Part shown: one piece after another, positions 1 through 10,078 of the stretch
How the letters are laid out: each line of letters starts with the position of its first letter
Position numbering within the stretch: the stretch's first letter is position 1
Assembly (NCBI GenBank): GCA_965221955.1
Contig: CBDCTA010000018.1
Span: forward strand, 160,001-224,000
Direction of reading: 5' to 3'
DNA: 64,000 bases
Origin: Gammaproteobacteria bacterium
GTDB lineage: Bacteria > Pseudomonadota > Gammaproteobacteria > UBA4575
The notes under the pieces: model-generated
The model's input: the letters and a program-made list of their open reading frames with translations, nothing else
Databases searched by the model: none
What the model was told of the DNA's origin: nothing
Program-made: the position numbers and the translations under genes

Positions 1-786
1 CCAATAATTACTGGGATTGTATTAGCAATTCTGGTAGGCCTTGTGATTATTGGTGGTGTCAAACGTATTGGTGAAGTCGCTGGAAAGCTTGTCCCGATCA
101 TGGCCATCGCATATATAGCGGGTTCGTTAATCGTAATCTTTGCTAATTTTGACCAAATTGGAAATGCTTTCAGTCTTATTTTTTCCAGCGCATTTAGTGG
201 CACCGCTGCAACCGGTGGATTTGCTGGTGCGGCAGTGTGGGCTGCAATTCGTTTTGGTGTAGCACGAGGTGTATTTTCTAACGAAGCAGGTTTGGGTAGT
301 GCGCCCATTGCGCATGCAGCAGCACAAACAGATGACCCTGTACGCCAAGGCATGATTGGTATGCTTGGAACGTTCATCGACACTATTATTGTTTGCACAA
401 TGACGGCACTCGTTATTTTATTAACTGGCGCTTGGACCAGTGGTGAAACCGGCGCGTCTCTTTCAACTTTAGCTTACGGACAAGGAATTAGCGGTGGAAA
501 TTATATTGTAACCATCGGTTTAGTCATCTTTGCATTTACAACACTAATTGGTTGGAGCTATTACGGCGAACGTTGTGCAGAATTTATTTTTGGCACCGCC
601 ATCATCATTCCTTATAGAATCGTATGGGTAGTAGCCGTAATGACCGGCGCATTAATCAAACTTAATTTTGTATGGTTACTAGCAGATGTGATGAATGGCT
701 TCATGGCAATACCTAACTTAATTGCACTTGCCCTATTAAGCCCAGTGATCTTTAAAGTTACTAAAGATTACTTAAATAAAAATTGA
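1..786 (+). CDS. Sodium:alanine/glycine symporter (AGCS family), 5'-truncated by window edge
   Basis: Frame open from base 1 (PIITGIVLAILVGLV...); AGCS motifs RGVFSNEAGLGSAPIAHA, FIDTIIVCTMT, GWSYYGE. Confidence 0.93.
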   Translation, partial: PIITGIVLAILVGLVIIGGVKRIGEVAGKLVPIMAIAYIAGSLIVIFANFDQIGNAFSLIFSSAFSGTAATGGFAGAAVWAAIRFGVARGVFSNEAGLGSAPIAHAAAQTDDPVRQGMIGMLGTFIDTIIVCTMTALVILLTGAWTSGETGASLSTLAYGQGISGGNYIVTIGLVIFAFTTLIGWSYYGERCAEFIFGTAIIIPYRIVWVVAVMTGALIKLNFVWLLADVMNGFMAIPNLIALALLSPVIFKVTKDYLNKN

Positions 787-812
787 AGGCGATTAACTAT
801 TAAGCTAATGGA

Positions 813-1667
813 ATGAACTTAACCAGTCATAGCAAGGAAGCGCTAAAAGAAATCAAGCAATCAGTCAGTATCGCCCTGAAAGAAGATGTCGGCGATGGTG
901 ATGTAACTGCTGCTTCATTTACCAATAATGAAACTGCTTGCGCCAAGGTAATCTGTCGCGAGCAAGCTGTTCTGTGTGGTCAACAATGGTTCGAACTGTC
1001 GTTTCACCAACTAGACCCTGATATCACAATTGAATGGATGCTTCGTGACGGCGATGTAATGGAACAAGACACTACAATTTGCTCATTAAATGGTAATGCT
1101 CAAGCTATTCTAACCGGCGAACGCACGGCATTGAATTTTTTGCAAGCATTATCTGGCACTGCTACCAAAACAAAAACCTATGTAGATCGTATTTCAGGCA
1201 CTGGTGCACAAATCCTTGATACACGCAAAACACTTCCTGGAATGCGCTATGCACAGAAATATGCGGTACGTTGTGGAGGTGGAAAAAATCACCGCATGGG
1301 CCTATACGACGCAATTTTAATTAAAGAAAATCACATTGCTACTTCCGGCTCCGTTTCAAAAGCAGTGGAGAACGCGAAACAACAATACCCTTCACTTAAA
1401 TTAGAAGTTGAAGTAGAGAACACCGAACAACTCAAAGAAGCATTGGCCACACAAGCCGATGTGATCTTGCTAGATAATTTTTCTTTAGCAGAATTAGAAA
1501 ATGCAGTCGCGCTCAATGATGAGAAAAAGAAACTCGAAGCTTCAGGCAACATGACACTAGAGAATATTCGCGAAGTTGCGAAAACAGGCGTCGACTATAT
1601 TTCTATTGGCGCAATCACAAAGCATTTAACTGCAGTAGATTTTTCTATGCGTTTTGAAACCAATTAA
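813..1667 (+). CDS. nadC: Nicotinate-nucleotide pyrophosphorylase (quinolinate PRTase)
   Basis: ERTALNFLQ, DTRKTLPG, NHRMGLYDAILIKENH, EASGN motifs. Confidence 0.97.
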   Translation: MNLTSHSKEALKEIKQSVSIALKEDVGDGDVTAASFTNNETACAKVICREQAVLCGQQWFELSFHQLDPDITIEWMLRDGDVMEQDTTICSLNGNAQAILTGERTALNFLQALSGTATKTKTYVDRISGTGAQILDTRKTLPGMRYAQKYAVRCGGGKNHRMGLYDAILIKENHIATSGSVSKAVENAKQQYPSLKLEVEVENTEQLKEALATQADVILLDNFSLAELENAVALNDEKKKLEASGNMTLENIREVAKTGVDYISIGAITKHLTAVDFSMRFETN

Positions 1668-1668
1668 A

Positions 1669-2442
1669 TTAAGCAAGCTCTTTTTTCGCTAGTTGCCAAT
1701 ATTCTTCTAACTCTTCTAGCGAACACTCATCTATTTTTTTGTCGTCAAGATTTAAACGTTCTTCAATATTTTGAAATCTCTTAATAAATTTTTTATTACT
1801 TTTACGCAATGCCTCTTCCGCATTGATTTTTATATGCCTACTAAGATTAACCACTGAAAACAGCAAATCACCTAACTCTTCCTCCAAATCAGCCAATTGA
1901 TTACCAGTATTGATCACCTCTTTAAGTTCATTTAGTTCTTCCTCAACTTTTTCAATCACCTGATTCAGTTCCGACCAATCAAAGCCAACTGTTGCTACTC
2001 GCTTTTGAATTTTTTTAGCGCGTAATAATTGGGGCATGGCGGCAGGTATCTCATTCAGCAAACTATTCGTAGCCGATTTCTCTTCACGCTCTTGTTGCTT
2101 AATCTGCTCCCAACTTTTTAGCTGTTCAGTATTGTCTTTATCAAATACATGTGGATGACGACGTACTAACTTATTACAAATATTTTCTGCTACATCTTCA
2201 AAATTAAATAGCTCTTTTTCTTTGGCCATTTGAGTGTAGTAAACAATTTGCAATAACAAATCACCAAGCTCATCTTTAAGCTGCACAAAATCTTGCCTAT
2301 CGATCGCATCTGCCACCTCATAAACTTCTTCGATGGTATACGGCAAAATGGTTTGAAAAGTTTGTTCAACATCCCAAGGGCAACCATTTTCAGGGTCTCG
2401 TAGTGTTTGCATGATGTTGAGTAGACGAAACAGATTATCCAT
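1669..2442 (-). CDS. mazG: Nucleoside triphosphate pyrophosphohydrolase MazG
   Basis: LRDPENGCPWD, EEVYEVADAI, ELGDLLLQ, KLVRRHPHVF; second EEELGDLLF repeat. Confidence 0.97.
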   Translation of the reverse strand: MDNLFRLLNIMQTLRDPENGCPWDVEQTFQTILPYTIEEVYEVADAIDRQDFVQLKDELGDLLLQIVYYTQMAKEKELFNFEDVAENICNKLVRRHPHVFDKDNTEQLKSWEQIKQQEREEKSATNSLLNEIPAAMPQLLRAKKIQKRVATVGFDWSELNQVIEKVEEELNELKEVINTGNQLADLEEELGDLLFSVVNLSRHIKINAEEALRKSNKKFIKRFQNIEERLNLDDKKIDECSLEELEEYWQLAKKELA

Positions 2443-2606
2443 AGCACCTCATTTTCGACACTTGTGTGAAAAAACCACCATTATATTAGCTTTCTCTAAT
2501 ATTCTAATTTATCTCAGATTCGCTCTTTCGGCCTGAAAGGCTTCTTTATTTATCAATACGTTCCGAGAACTTTTCAAACCACTTTTTTTGTATAGTAATG
2601 TGAAAT

Positions 2607-2651
2607 TTGTCATACTATTGTCATGATATTCGAATGATAATGATATGACAC
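2607..2651. promoter_or_regulatory. Symmetric TGTCAT heptamer array (RHH operator or Pho-box-like)
   Basis: TTGTCAT at 2607 and 2618 (11-bp period), inverted ATGATAA at 2634 and ATGACAC at 2645, the last overlapping the RHH gene start. Confidence 0.5.
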
Positions 2652-2839
2652 CGCCAAACGATAAAAAGCCCCCCGATTCAGCACTACTGCAAGTACGGAT
2701 ATCTCGTGATTTACGCGATGAATTTATGCGCCAAGTCAAGGAAGAGGATGATAGCGCCTCACGCTTGGTGCGGCAGTGGATACGTCAATACATAAAGGCG
2801 AATGCCCAAAGCAGCCTTTTTAAAGGGGAATCTATCTAG
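2645..2839 (+). CDS. Small ribbon-helix-helix (CopG/Arc-like) DNA-binding protein
   Basis: 64 aa; LQVRISRDLRDEF...ASRLVRQWIRQYI strand-helix-helix pattern. Confidence 0.7.
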   Translation: MTPPNDKKPPDSALLQVRISRDLRDEFMRQVKEEDDSASRLVRQWIRQYIKANAQSSLFKGESI

Positions 2840-2842
2840 CTC

Positions 2843-5434
2843 GTGATTCGAACTATCGACAAACGCTACAAAAACAAGATGAGCGCCAACCACGCACATG
2901 ATGGCAGCGATTCAAACCAGTTTTCAAATATGGCGATAAAAGTATCTTTAGTGAATGTTGGCAAAGATCTCTGGACCTATCTTTGTCGCCACACTCCGCC
3001 TCCACTAGCAATCTCTAATCTTGCTAGTGAACAACAGCTTACTGAAATTTTGCATGATGGTCATATCGATAGCCGAGTAATTGTACTGGGCCATCATATG
3101 AAAGAACCTTTGCATGTAATTAATTGGATTCTTGAACACGACAAAACAATTAAAATATTTTTACTGCGCAAGCCTACTGACTTTGATTTATTAGACCAAG
3201 CCATTAAAGAAGACCCTGAATTAGCAAATGATGTTGAAGTGTGGTCAACCGCCAACATCAAAGCTTTGCCCACTGCATTAAAAAATTCACTAGAAAAAAT
3301 TAATGTAGAAAAAGATGAGTTGATTGAGTTTGAATCTTCTCTAGTAACTGAGCCAGAAATTACCCCAATAACTCAAGATATTGCTCCAGAAAACAAGCTC
3401 GATACGATTTTAGAAGTTGCTTCGATTGGGCTATTAAGTGTTGACGAAGAAGACACGATTGTAGAACTCAATACTACAGCGGCTATGATGCTCAACCTTG
3501 ATGAACAAGATTCACTAGGTACACCGCTTTCTTTGATTTTTGAACAGTCCGAAATCATAAAATTGCATCATATTATTAACACCTGTGAAGATGATTCCGA
3601 TGATCTTTCTCCAGATATCAAATTTATCGCATCTGATGGATACCTAAAATTTTTCCGTGTCTCTGCCTTTTATGAAAATGATAGTACACAAAATATTTTT
3701 AACTTAATTTTGCAAGATATCACCAAGACCGCGATTACAGAAAACAAACTCGAACAAGAAAAACAACGCAATCGCATTACATTAAAGTTACTTAAAGATG
3801 GTGTGATCGCCACCGATATGAAATGTAATATTGAATCAATGAACCCTGTGGCAGAAGGTTTAACTGGTTGGCCTAGTTACGAAGCTAAAAGCAATCACAT
3901 AGACAACATCCTCAAACTAATCGATGCTAATACTCGTGAGCGTATTACTAACTTAGGCAAAAACTGTATAGATACGGGTAAAGCAATTGAGTCTAAAAGC
4001 AATCTAATATTATTAGACCGCTTTAATAACGAGCATCCAATCGAATTATCCATCACTCCAAGTAGTTCGCTAAATCTAGAAAGTGGCGGTTTAGTACTCA
4101 TCTTTAAAGACGCCTCAGAAACCAAACGACTCACGCAAGAAATCAGCCACCAAGCATCACACGATTCATTAACTGGTTTATTAAACAGACAAGAGTTTGA
4201 ATATAGATTAGAAGGCGCGATATCTAGTGCCGCAACTCATGATGTGCAGCATGTGCTGTGCTATTTAGATTTAAATCAATTTAAAATTATTAATGCACAA
4301 GCGGGACATACAGCTGGCGACATTGTTCTCAAACAAGCTGCTGATCATATGAAACAACATATGCGCAGCATTGATGTGTTTGCGCGTTTGGGTGGCGATG
4401 AATTCGCTCTGTTGCTCGTGAACACTACTGTTGACCAAGCTAAACTTATTGCTCAAGAACTTATCAATACAATTCGCAATTCAACGTTTAAATGGCGAGA
4501 TCAGCATTTTGAAATTGGTATTAGCATAGGTTTAATCACCATCGATAAAAATTCTCAAGATCCGGCACATATGTTAACGCGAGCAGAATTAGCATGCTTT
4601 ACTGCAAAAGATCACGGGCGCAACAAATTACACATTTATAGACAAGAAGACGATGAGTTAACTCGTCGTCATACCGAAATGATGCGTGCTGCAGGAGTTA
4701 CCGGCGCGCTTCAAGAAGATCGTTTTAAAATTTATTGCCAACCTATTGTTGCATTATCGCCGCAAAATAAAGAGTCGCTGCATTACGAATTATTAATACG
4801 CTTAACCGATCCTAAAGGCGATCTCATCATGCCTGCAAGCTTTATTCCTGCAGCAGAACGCTATGGCTTAATGACAAGTCTTGATCGCTGGATGATTAGC
4901 ACGGCCTTCCATAGCTATAACGACATATTCGGCAAAGAATCGGGTGTGCAAATTGCGATTAACTTATCTGGAAACTCATTAAACGATGATTCTTTATTAG
5001 ACTTTATTAAAGACGAAATTGCTAAAACTGAGATTGAGCCATCAAACGTTTGCTTTGAAATAACTGAAACAGCGGCAATTAGCAATCTTGATCAGGTAAG
5101 CCAATTAATTCTCGAACTCAAACGCATCGGCTGTCGCTTCGCACTCGATGACTTTGGTAGTGGCTTATCTTCATTTACTTATCTAAAGAATCTTCCTGTT
5201 GATTATTTAAAGATTGACGGTAGCTTTGTGCACGACATGATTGACGACACCATTGACCATGCAATGGTAGAAGCGATCAATCAAGTGGGACACATCATGG
5301 GTATCGGCACTATCGCAGAATGTGCTGAAAGCGAAGAAGTTGTCGAGATGTTGCGCGAACTTGGCGTTGATTACGCACAAGGTTTTGCTATGGGGTCACC
5401 AGTACCCATTGAAGGCTTGAAGCAGGTTAATTAA
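2843..5434 (+). CDS. PAS-PAS-GGDEF-EAL c-di-GMP signalling protein (true start may be ATG 2879)
   Basis: HDSLTGLLNR, ARLGGDEF, YELLIRL, FEITET, DDFGSGLSSF, KIDGSFV. Confidence 0.93.
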   Translation: MIRTIDKRYKNKMSANHAHDGSDSNQFSNMAIKVSLVNVGKDLWTYLCRHTPPPLAISNLASEQQLTEILHDGHIDSRVIVLGHHMKEPLHVINWILEHDKTIKIFLLRKPTDFDLLDQAIKEDPELANDVEVWSTANIKALPTALKNSLEKINVEKDELIEFESSLVTEPEITPITQDIAPENKLDTILEVASIGLLSVDEEDTIVELNTTAAMMLNLDEQDSLGTPLSLIFEQSEIIKLHHIINTCEDDSDDLSPDIKFIASDGYLKFFRVSAFYENDSTQNIFNLILQDITKTAITENKLEQEKQRNRITLKLLKDGVIATDMKCNIESMNPVAEGLTGWPSYEAKSNHIDNILKLIDANTRERITNLGKNCIDTGKAIESKSNLILLDRFNNEHPIELSITPSSSLNLESGGLVLIFKDASETKRLTQEISHQASHDSLTGLLNRQEFEYRLEGAISSAATHDVQHVLCYLDLNQFKIINAQAGHTAGDIVLKQAADHMKQHMRSIDVFARLGGDEFALLLVNTTVDQAKLIAQELINTIRNSTFKWRDQHFEIGISIGLITIDKNSQDPAHMLTRAELACFTAKDHGRNKLHIYRQEDDELTRRHTEMMRAAGVTGALQEDRFKIYCQPIVALSPQNKESLHYELLIRLTDPKGDLIMPASFIPAAERYGLMTSLDRWMISTAFHSYNDIFGKESGVQIAINLSGNSLNDDSLLDFIKDEIAKTEIEPSNVCFEITETAAISNLDQVSQLILELKRIGCRFALDDFGSGLSSFTYLKNLPVDYLKIDGSFVHDMIDDTIDHAMVEAINQVGHIMGIGTIAECAESEEVVEMLRELGVDYAQGFAMGSPVPIEGLKQVN

Positions 5435-6544
5435 ATGGCAACTTTACCTCATATTGAAGAAGAAATTACTGAGATTGACGCATTGCGCAATCGGCTTGAA
5501 TCTTTAGTGCATGATGCACGAAGAAATGAAGTTACTCTGCGCAAATTTCAAAACCTAGAGTTAAGGTTATTAAGTTGTAGCTCACTTGCTGAGCTTATGC
5601 AGCTAGTTGCACACAAAAGTAAATCCACCTTCGGTTGGGATGTATTAACGATTGTTTTACACGATGAACATCAGGATATAAAAAGATTATTGCGGGATGT
5701 AGGCGAAGACACTAGCCGTTACCCTGAACTAATTTTTACCAGCGACATCTTAAGTCTCAAAAAATTTTATGGGCGTTACAAAAAGCCATTACTTGGCGCA
5801 TTTGATATTAACCTCCACGAAGATTTATTTTTAAATGATCGAAAATATCCTCGTAGTGTAGCTCTACTCCCGCTGTTCAGAAAAAACAAGCTCCTAGGTA
5901 GTCTTAATTTAGGCAGCTTTCAACTGAACCGATTTAATAAACAAGATGCTACAGACTTTTTAGAGCATCTTGCTGCAGTCTTAGCAACTTGTCTTGATAC
6001 GACCATTGCGCAAGAAAAACTTAAACAAGCTGGTTTAACGGATTCTTTAACAGGTGTAAACAATCGTAGGTTTTTCGATCAACGTTTAAATGAAGAAATT
6101 TCACGTGCGCAACGTTTACAATCCTCTGTAAGCTGCTTATTTATTGACATTGACCATTTCAAAGTGGTGAATGATAGCTTCGGACACGAAACTGGCGATA
6201 TCGTATTAACTAAAGTTGCTGAATTGATACGCGCGCAACTACGCAATATAGATGTAGTAGCTCGTTATGGCGGTGAAGAATTCGCAGTGTTGCTCGAACA
6301 ATCAGGTCAAGATTACGCAGAAGAAGTTGCAGAACGTATTCAACAAAGTATTTCTGAAACTACCTTTGTCGATGGAGAAAACTGCTCTTTAACGGTTTCA
6401 ATTGGCGTATCAACAATCGAACGACCCAATACCAAACAAAATACATTCGACCTGGGACGCGAGTTATTACGCAAAGCTGATAAAGCGCTGTATCAAGCTA
6501 AGCAAGATGGGCGCAATAAAGTTGTACTCCACAGCACGTTATAA
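5435..6544 (+). CDS. GAF-like (DUF484-type) sensor diguanylate cyclase
   Basis: TDSLTGVNNRR, DIDHFK, ARYGGEEF, ADKALYQAKQDGRN; N-terminal SVALLPL..GSLNLGS GAF-like region. Confidence 0.92.
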   Translation: MATLPHIEEEITEIDALRNRLESLVHDARRNEVTLRKFQNLELRLLSCSSLAELMQLVAHKSKSTFGWDVLTIVLHDEHQDIKRLLRDVGEDTSRYPELIFTSDILSLKKFYGRYKKPLLGAFDINLHEDLFLNDRKYPRSVALLPLFRKNKLLGSLNLGSFQLNRFNKQDATDFLEHLAAVLATCLDTTIAQEKLKQAGLTDSLTGVNNRRFFDQRLNEEISRAQRLQSSVSCLFIDIDHFKVVNDSFGHETGDIVLTKVAELIRAQLRNIDVVARYGGEEFAVLLEQSGQDYAEEVAERIQQSISETTFVDGENCSLTVSIGVSTIERPNTKQNTFDLGRELLRKADKALYQAKQDGRNKVVLHSTL

Positions 6545-6583
6545 ATTGCTAGATAGATTACTAAACAAATAATTAGAAATTAC

Positions 6584-6919
6584 TCATCTCAAACTTGGAA
6601 ATTCTCCAAGCGGTCTTTTAAATGTAAACTCAGCTGGTTCTTTTACCAACTTCTCTCTTGCCTGCTTCTCATTTCCACCCAACAAACTAAACGGTAACGA
6701 AACCACATATACCGCTGAACCTACTACAGTGGAAACCAAACCTACCGGCCTAGCAATCACTACGTCCGCTACCATCGCTTCCGCAGAACCCGATGCTCCG
6801 AACCCATTGCCATAGTAAGCATGGTGATCGTATGAAGAATCGCTTGCTAATACTTTCATGGGCAACATGAACAAAACACTTAATAAAGCGAACAAATAAA
6901 CCAAATATCTTCTATGCAT
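6584..6919 (-). CDS. Small exported/membrane conserved hypothetical protein
   Basis: ATG 6919 preceded by GGGAGAG; signal peptide; ADVVIARPVG...SLPFSLLGGN...FTFKRPLG pattern. Confidence 0.7.
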   Translation of the reverse strand: MHRRYLVYLFALLSVLFMLPMKVLASDSSYDHHAYYGNGFGASGSAEAMVADVVIARPVGLVSTVVGSAVYVVSLPFSLLGGNEKQAREKLVKEPAEFTFKRPLGEFPSLR

Positions 6920-7239
6920 AGTCACTCTCCCAGTTATTTTTCCCATTTTTTCATTACCCAAGCACTTGGCATGCAATTTTTTTCAATACCTTACTTAACT
7001 ATAACGGAATTTGTTCACATTTCTTGTTAAAAATACAAACAGGAAAACATAAATAAAATTAATTCGTTATGTTGCACTACTAACCAAAGTGTACTCACTA
7101 TTTCACTACTAATTTCCATGTAACTCTAGTTAAATTATAAGGTTATTTGTGTGCCACTTATTAAATAAGTAAAGTTCGCATACAAATAAAAACACTAAAA
7201 ATAAATTCAACTTTATTCAATTAGCGCCGTTACATAGAC

Positions 7240-7365
7240 AACGTAAAAGGCAAACTCGTCGAAAGATGAGGACGCAAAGTCACCGGTCTAAGGGTTTTTA
7301 GCCAAACATCACATGGCAATGCCATGTGAAACTGCTAGAAATCTATGGCAGCGGGTCCGCCGAAT
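7240..7365 (+). ncRNA. Cyclic di-GMP-I (GEMM-I) riboswitch
   Basis: GGCAAAC-TCGTC-GAAA-GATGAG-GACGCAAAG..CCGGTCTAA...GGCAGCGG..GCCG matches the c-di-GMP-I consensus including GNRA tetraloop and receptor. Confidence 0.92.
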
Positions 7366-7444
7366 GAAGCAACGAGGTATAAATTCTAACTACCTCTTCG
7401 AGTGGTCTCATATTTCTGTGTACTTTGCGCAATAGGAATATGAG

Positions 7445-7987
7445 ATGAAAGCAACAACAAACTATTTTTTACATCTAGCAATAGTATTTTTAATTGCAAG
7501 CTTTAGTGGAACATGTTTGGCTGCCTCACAAGGCAGTTTAGGTAAAACTTCATCAGGCTCAGTTGAAATTTCAGTGCATGTAAGTCAAACACTAAATACT
7601 GTAAGCCCAAATGAATTATTATTAAATCAGTCTAGTAACTCATTAAACAAAAACTCCAAGCCTTTTTGTATTGCGCATTATGGCTTTAACCAAAACGCTG
7701 GGGTTCCATATAAACTTAAAGTTGATAATTTATTCTCAGCAAAATCAAACGATGCTTTTCCATACAAAGTATATTTAGAAGATAATCATTCGTTTAAAAA
7801 TAAGTTACCTCTTGCAGTTGGGATGTCTGTGCCTAAACAAAGCAACATAACAATTAGTAAGGATTTACAACAAGAATGTGTAGCATCAGGTTTATCACTC
7901 TCTATCGAAATGAGCGAAAAGCATAAAAATAACAGTCCAGAACAACTTCATCCTGGTTTAATGCTTCTGATGGTCGAGCCCATCTAA
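7445..7987 (+). CDS. Secreted beta-rich protein, possibly fimbrial/pilin-like
   Basis: Signal peptide then ASQGSLGKTSSGSVEISVHV; two Cys in mature part; directly downstream of riboswitch. Confidence 0.6.
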   Translation: MKATTNYFLHLAIVFLIASFSGTCLAASQGSLGKTSSGSVEISVHVSQTLNTVSPNELLLNQSSNSLNKNSKPFCIAHYGFNQNAGVPYKLKVDNLFSAKSNDAFPYKVYLEDNHSFKNKLPLAVGMSVPKQSNITISKDLQQECVASGLSLSIEMSEKHKNNSPEQLHPGLMLLMVEPI

Positions 7988-8212
7988 AACATGCTGTAAT
8001 TAAACTTCTTAATTTAAGCGTCTAAAAAATACACATTAAATTATATCTCCTAAGAGATAGGGTGTTTAGAAACCTCGTAATAAACCCCTTCTTGAGTCTT
8101 ATATCTTTACCTTCCCTATGTATAATCGGTAGCTCCTATTTTTAATGCTTGCTCACTATAAAAATTACTAGAGCAAGCAATATAACTTTCATTTAAAAAC
8201 AAGGAATTACAG

Positions 8213-9970
8213 ATGAGTACGACGAATGATGCCCTGGCGAAATGGGTAGAAGAGGTAGCGGCACTTACACAACCAGATAATATCGTGTGGTGTGATGGCA
8301 GTGATGCGGAATATGACCGCATGATTGATCAAATGCTAGAAACCGGAACCTTACTTAAACTTAACGAAGAAACACACCCTAACTGCTACTTACATCGTTC
8401 TGATCCTTCAGATGTAGCACGTGTTGAGCACTTAACTTTTGTTTGTTCAAAAGAAGAAGAAGATGCTGGTCCAAATAACCATTGGATGGATCCACAAGAA
8501 GCACATAAAAAACTTGATGATTTATTTGAAGGCTGTATGAAAGGCCGTACCATGTATGTGATTCCTTATTGCATGGGTCCAATTGATTCTCCTCTTTCTC
8601 GCAACGGTGTAGAAATTACAGACAGCCCTTATGTTGTAGCCAATATGAAAATCATGGCACGCATTGGAACACCTGCATTAAAGCGCATTGAGAAAGATGG
8701 CACATTTGTAAGAGGCATGCACTCAACAGGTGATTTAGATCCTGAAAAACGTTTTATTATGCACTTCCCTGAAGAGCTTCTTATTAGAAGTATTGGTTCA
8801 GGCTACGGTGGCAATGCACTGCTTGGCAAGAAGTGTCACGCATTACGTATTGCGAGCTGGCAAGCACGTACTGAGGGTTGGCTAGCAGAACACATGCTAA
8901 TCATGGGATTGGAAAGTCCAGAAGGCGAAACGCACTACGTTGCCTGCGCATTCCCTTCAGCATGCGGTAAAACAAATCTCGCAATGTTAATTCCACCCGA
9001 GCAATACAAAGGTTGGAAAGTAACAACCGTAGGTGATGACATTTGCTGGTTACATCTTCGCGATGATGGCCGTTTATGGGCCATCAACCCAGAATCGGGT
9101 TACTTCGGAGTGATTCCAGGCACAAACGAACATTCAAATAAAAATGCATATGAATGCTTAAAGCATGATGCAATTTTTACTAATGCTGGTACTACTGCAG
9201 ATAACCAACCTTGGTGGGAAGAAAAAGACGATGGTATGGAACCAACAACAGATTGGAAAGGCAATGCTTATGATCCTGATGTTGGCCCGGCTGCACATCC
9301 AAATTCTCGTTTCACAGTATCGGCTAAAAACAATCCAGTTTATTCACCGATGGCAGATGACCCGAATGGTGTACCTATTAGTGCAATTATTTTTGGTGGT
9401 CGACGTAAAGAATTGGCTCCTCTCGTATATGAAGCCAAAGACTGGGAGCACGGTGTATTAGTCGGTGCTTCATGCGCGTCTGAAATGACTGCAGCTGCAA
9501 TTGGTGGAGCCGGCCAAGTTCGTCGCGACCCAATGGCGATGAAACCATTCTGTGGTTATAACTTTGCTGACTACTTCGCACATTGGCTAACCTTTGGTCC
9601 TAAATCTGATAAGTTGCCAAAAATTTTCCACTGTAATTGGTTCCGCCGCGACAGCGATGGTAAATTTATGTGGCCAGGCTTTGGTGAGAACATGAGAGTT
9701 TTATCTTGGGTGCTTGACCGAGTAGAAGGCAAAGCAGATGCAAGAGAGACCCCCATAGGATTCTTGCCTAATGTGGATGATATTGACATTGAAGGTTTAG
9801 ATGTTTCTAAAGAAACCATGGAAGCTTTGCTCAGTGTAAACGCAGATCAATGGCAGGAGGAAGTGGCCGCGATAGGTGAGTACTTAGATGAATTTGGTGC
9901 TCGCACACCACAAGCCCTAAAAGACGAGTTAGCTAAAATTTCTACAGCATTGCAAGCCAAGGCTGCTTAG
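8213..9970 (+). CDS. pckG: Phosphoenolpyruvate carboxykinase (GTP)
   Basis: GSGYGGNALLGKKC, EGWLAEHM, FPSACGKTNLAM, GDDI, HPNSRF, NWFR. Confidence 0.97.
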   Translation: MSTTNDALAKWVEEVAALTQPDNIVWCDGSDAEYDRMIDQMLETGTLLKLNEETHPNCYLHRSDPSDVARVEHLTFVCSKEEEDAGPNNHWMDPQEAHKKLDDLFEGCMKGRTMYVIPYCMGPIDSPLSRNGVEITDSPYVVANMKIMARIGTPALKRIEKDGTFVRGMHSTGDLDPEKRFIMHFPEELLIRSIGSGYGGNALLGKKCHALRIASWQARTEGWLAEHMLIMGLESPEGETHYVACAFPSACGKTNLAMLIPPEQYKGWKVTTVGDDICWLHLRDDGRLWAINPESGYFGVIPGTNEHSNKNAYECLKHDAIFTNAGTTADNQPWWEEKDDGMEPTTDWKGNAYDPDVGPAAHPNSRFTVSAKNNPVYSPMADDPNGVPISAIIFGGRRKELAPLVYEAKDWEHGVLVGASCASEMTAAAIGGAGQVRRDPMAMKPFCGYNFADYFAHWLTFGPKSDKLPKIFHCNWFRRDSDGKFMWPGFGENMRVLSWVLDRVEGKADARETPIGFLPNVDDIDIEGLDVSKETMEALLSVNADQWQEEVAAIGEYLDEFGARTPQALKDELAKISTALQAKAA

Positions 9971-9990
9971 TTTTTAACTAACTAAAAAAT

Positions 9991-10026
9991 AAAAAGCCCG
10001 CGAGCTTCTACTCGCGGGCTTTTTTT
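9991..10026. terminator. Bidirectional rho-independent terminator
   Basis: AAAAAGCCCGCGAG-cttcta-CTCGCGGGCTTTTTTT between convergent genes. Confidence 0.92.
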
Positions 10027-10078
10027 ATGCTTCTCTGTAAAAAAGATTCACTTACTTATCAGCAAGAACTCTCATTCA

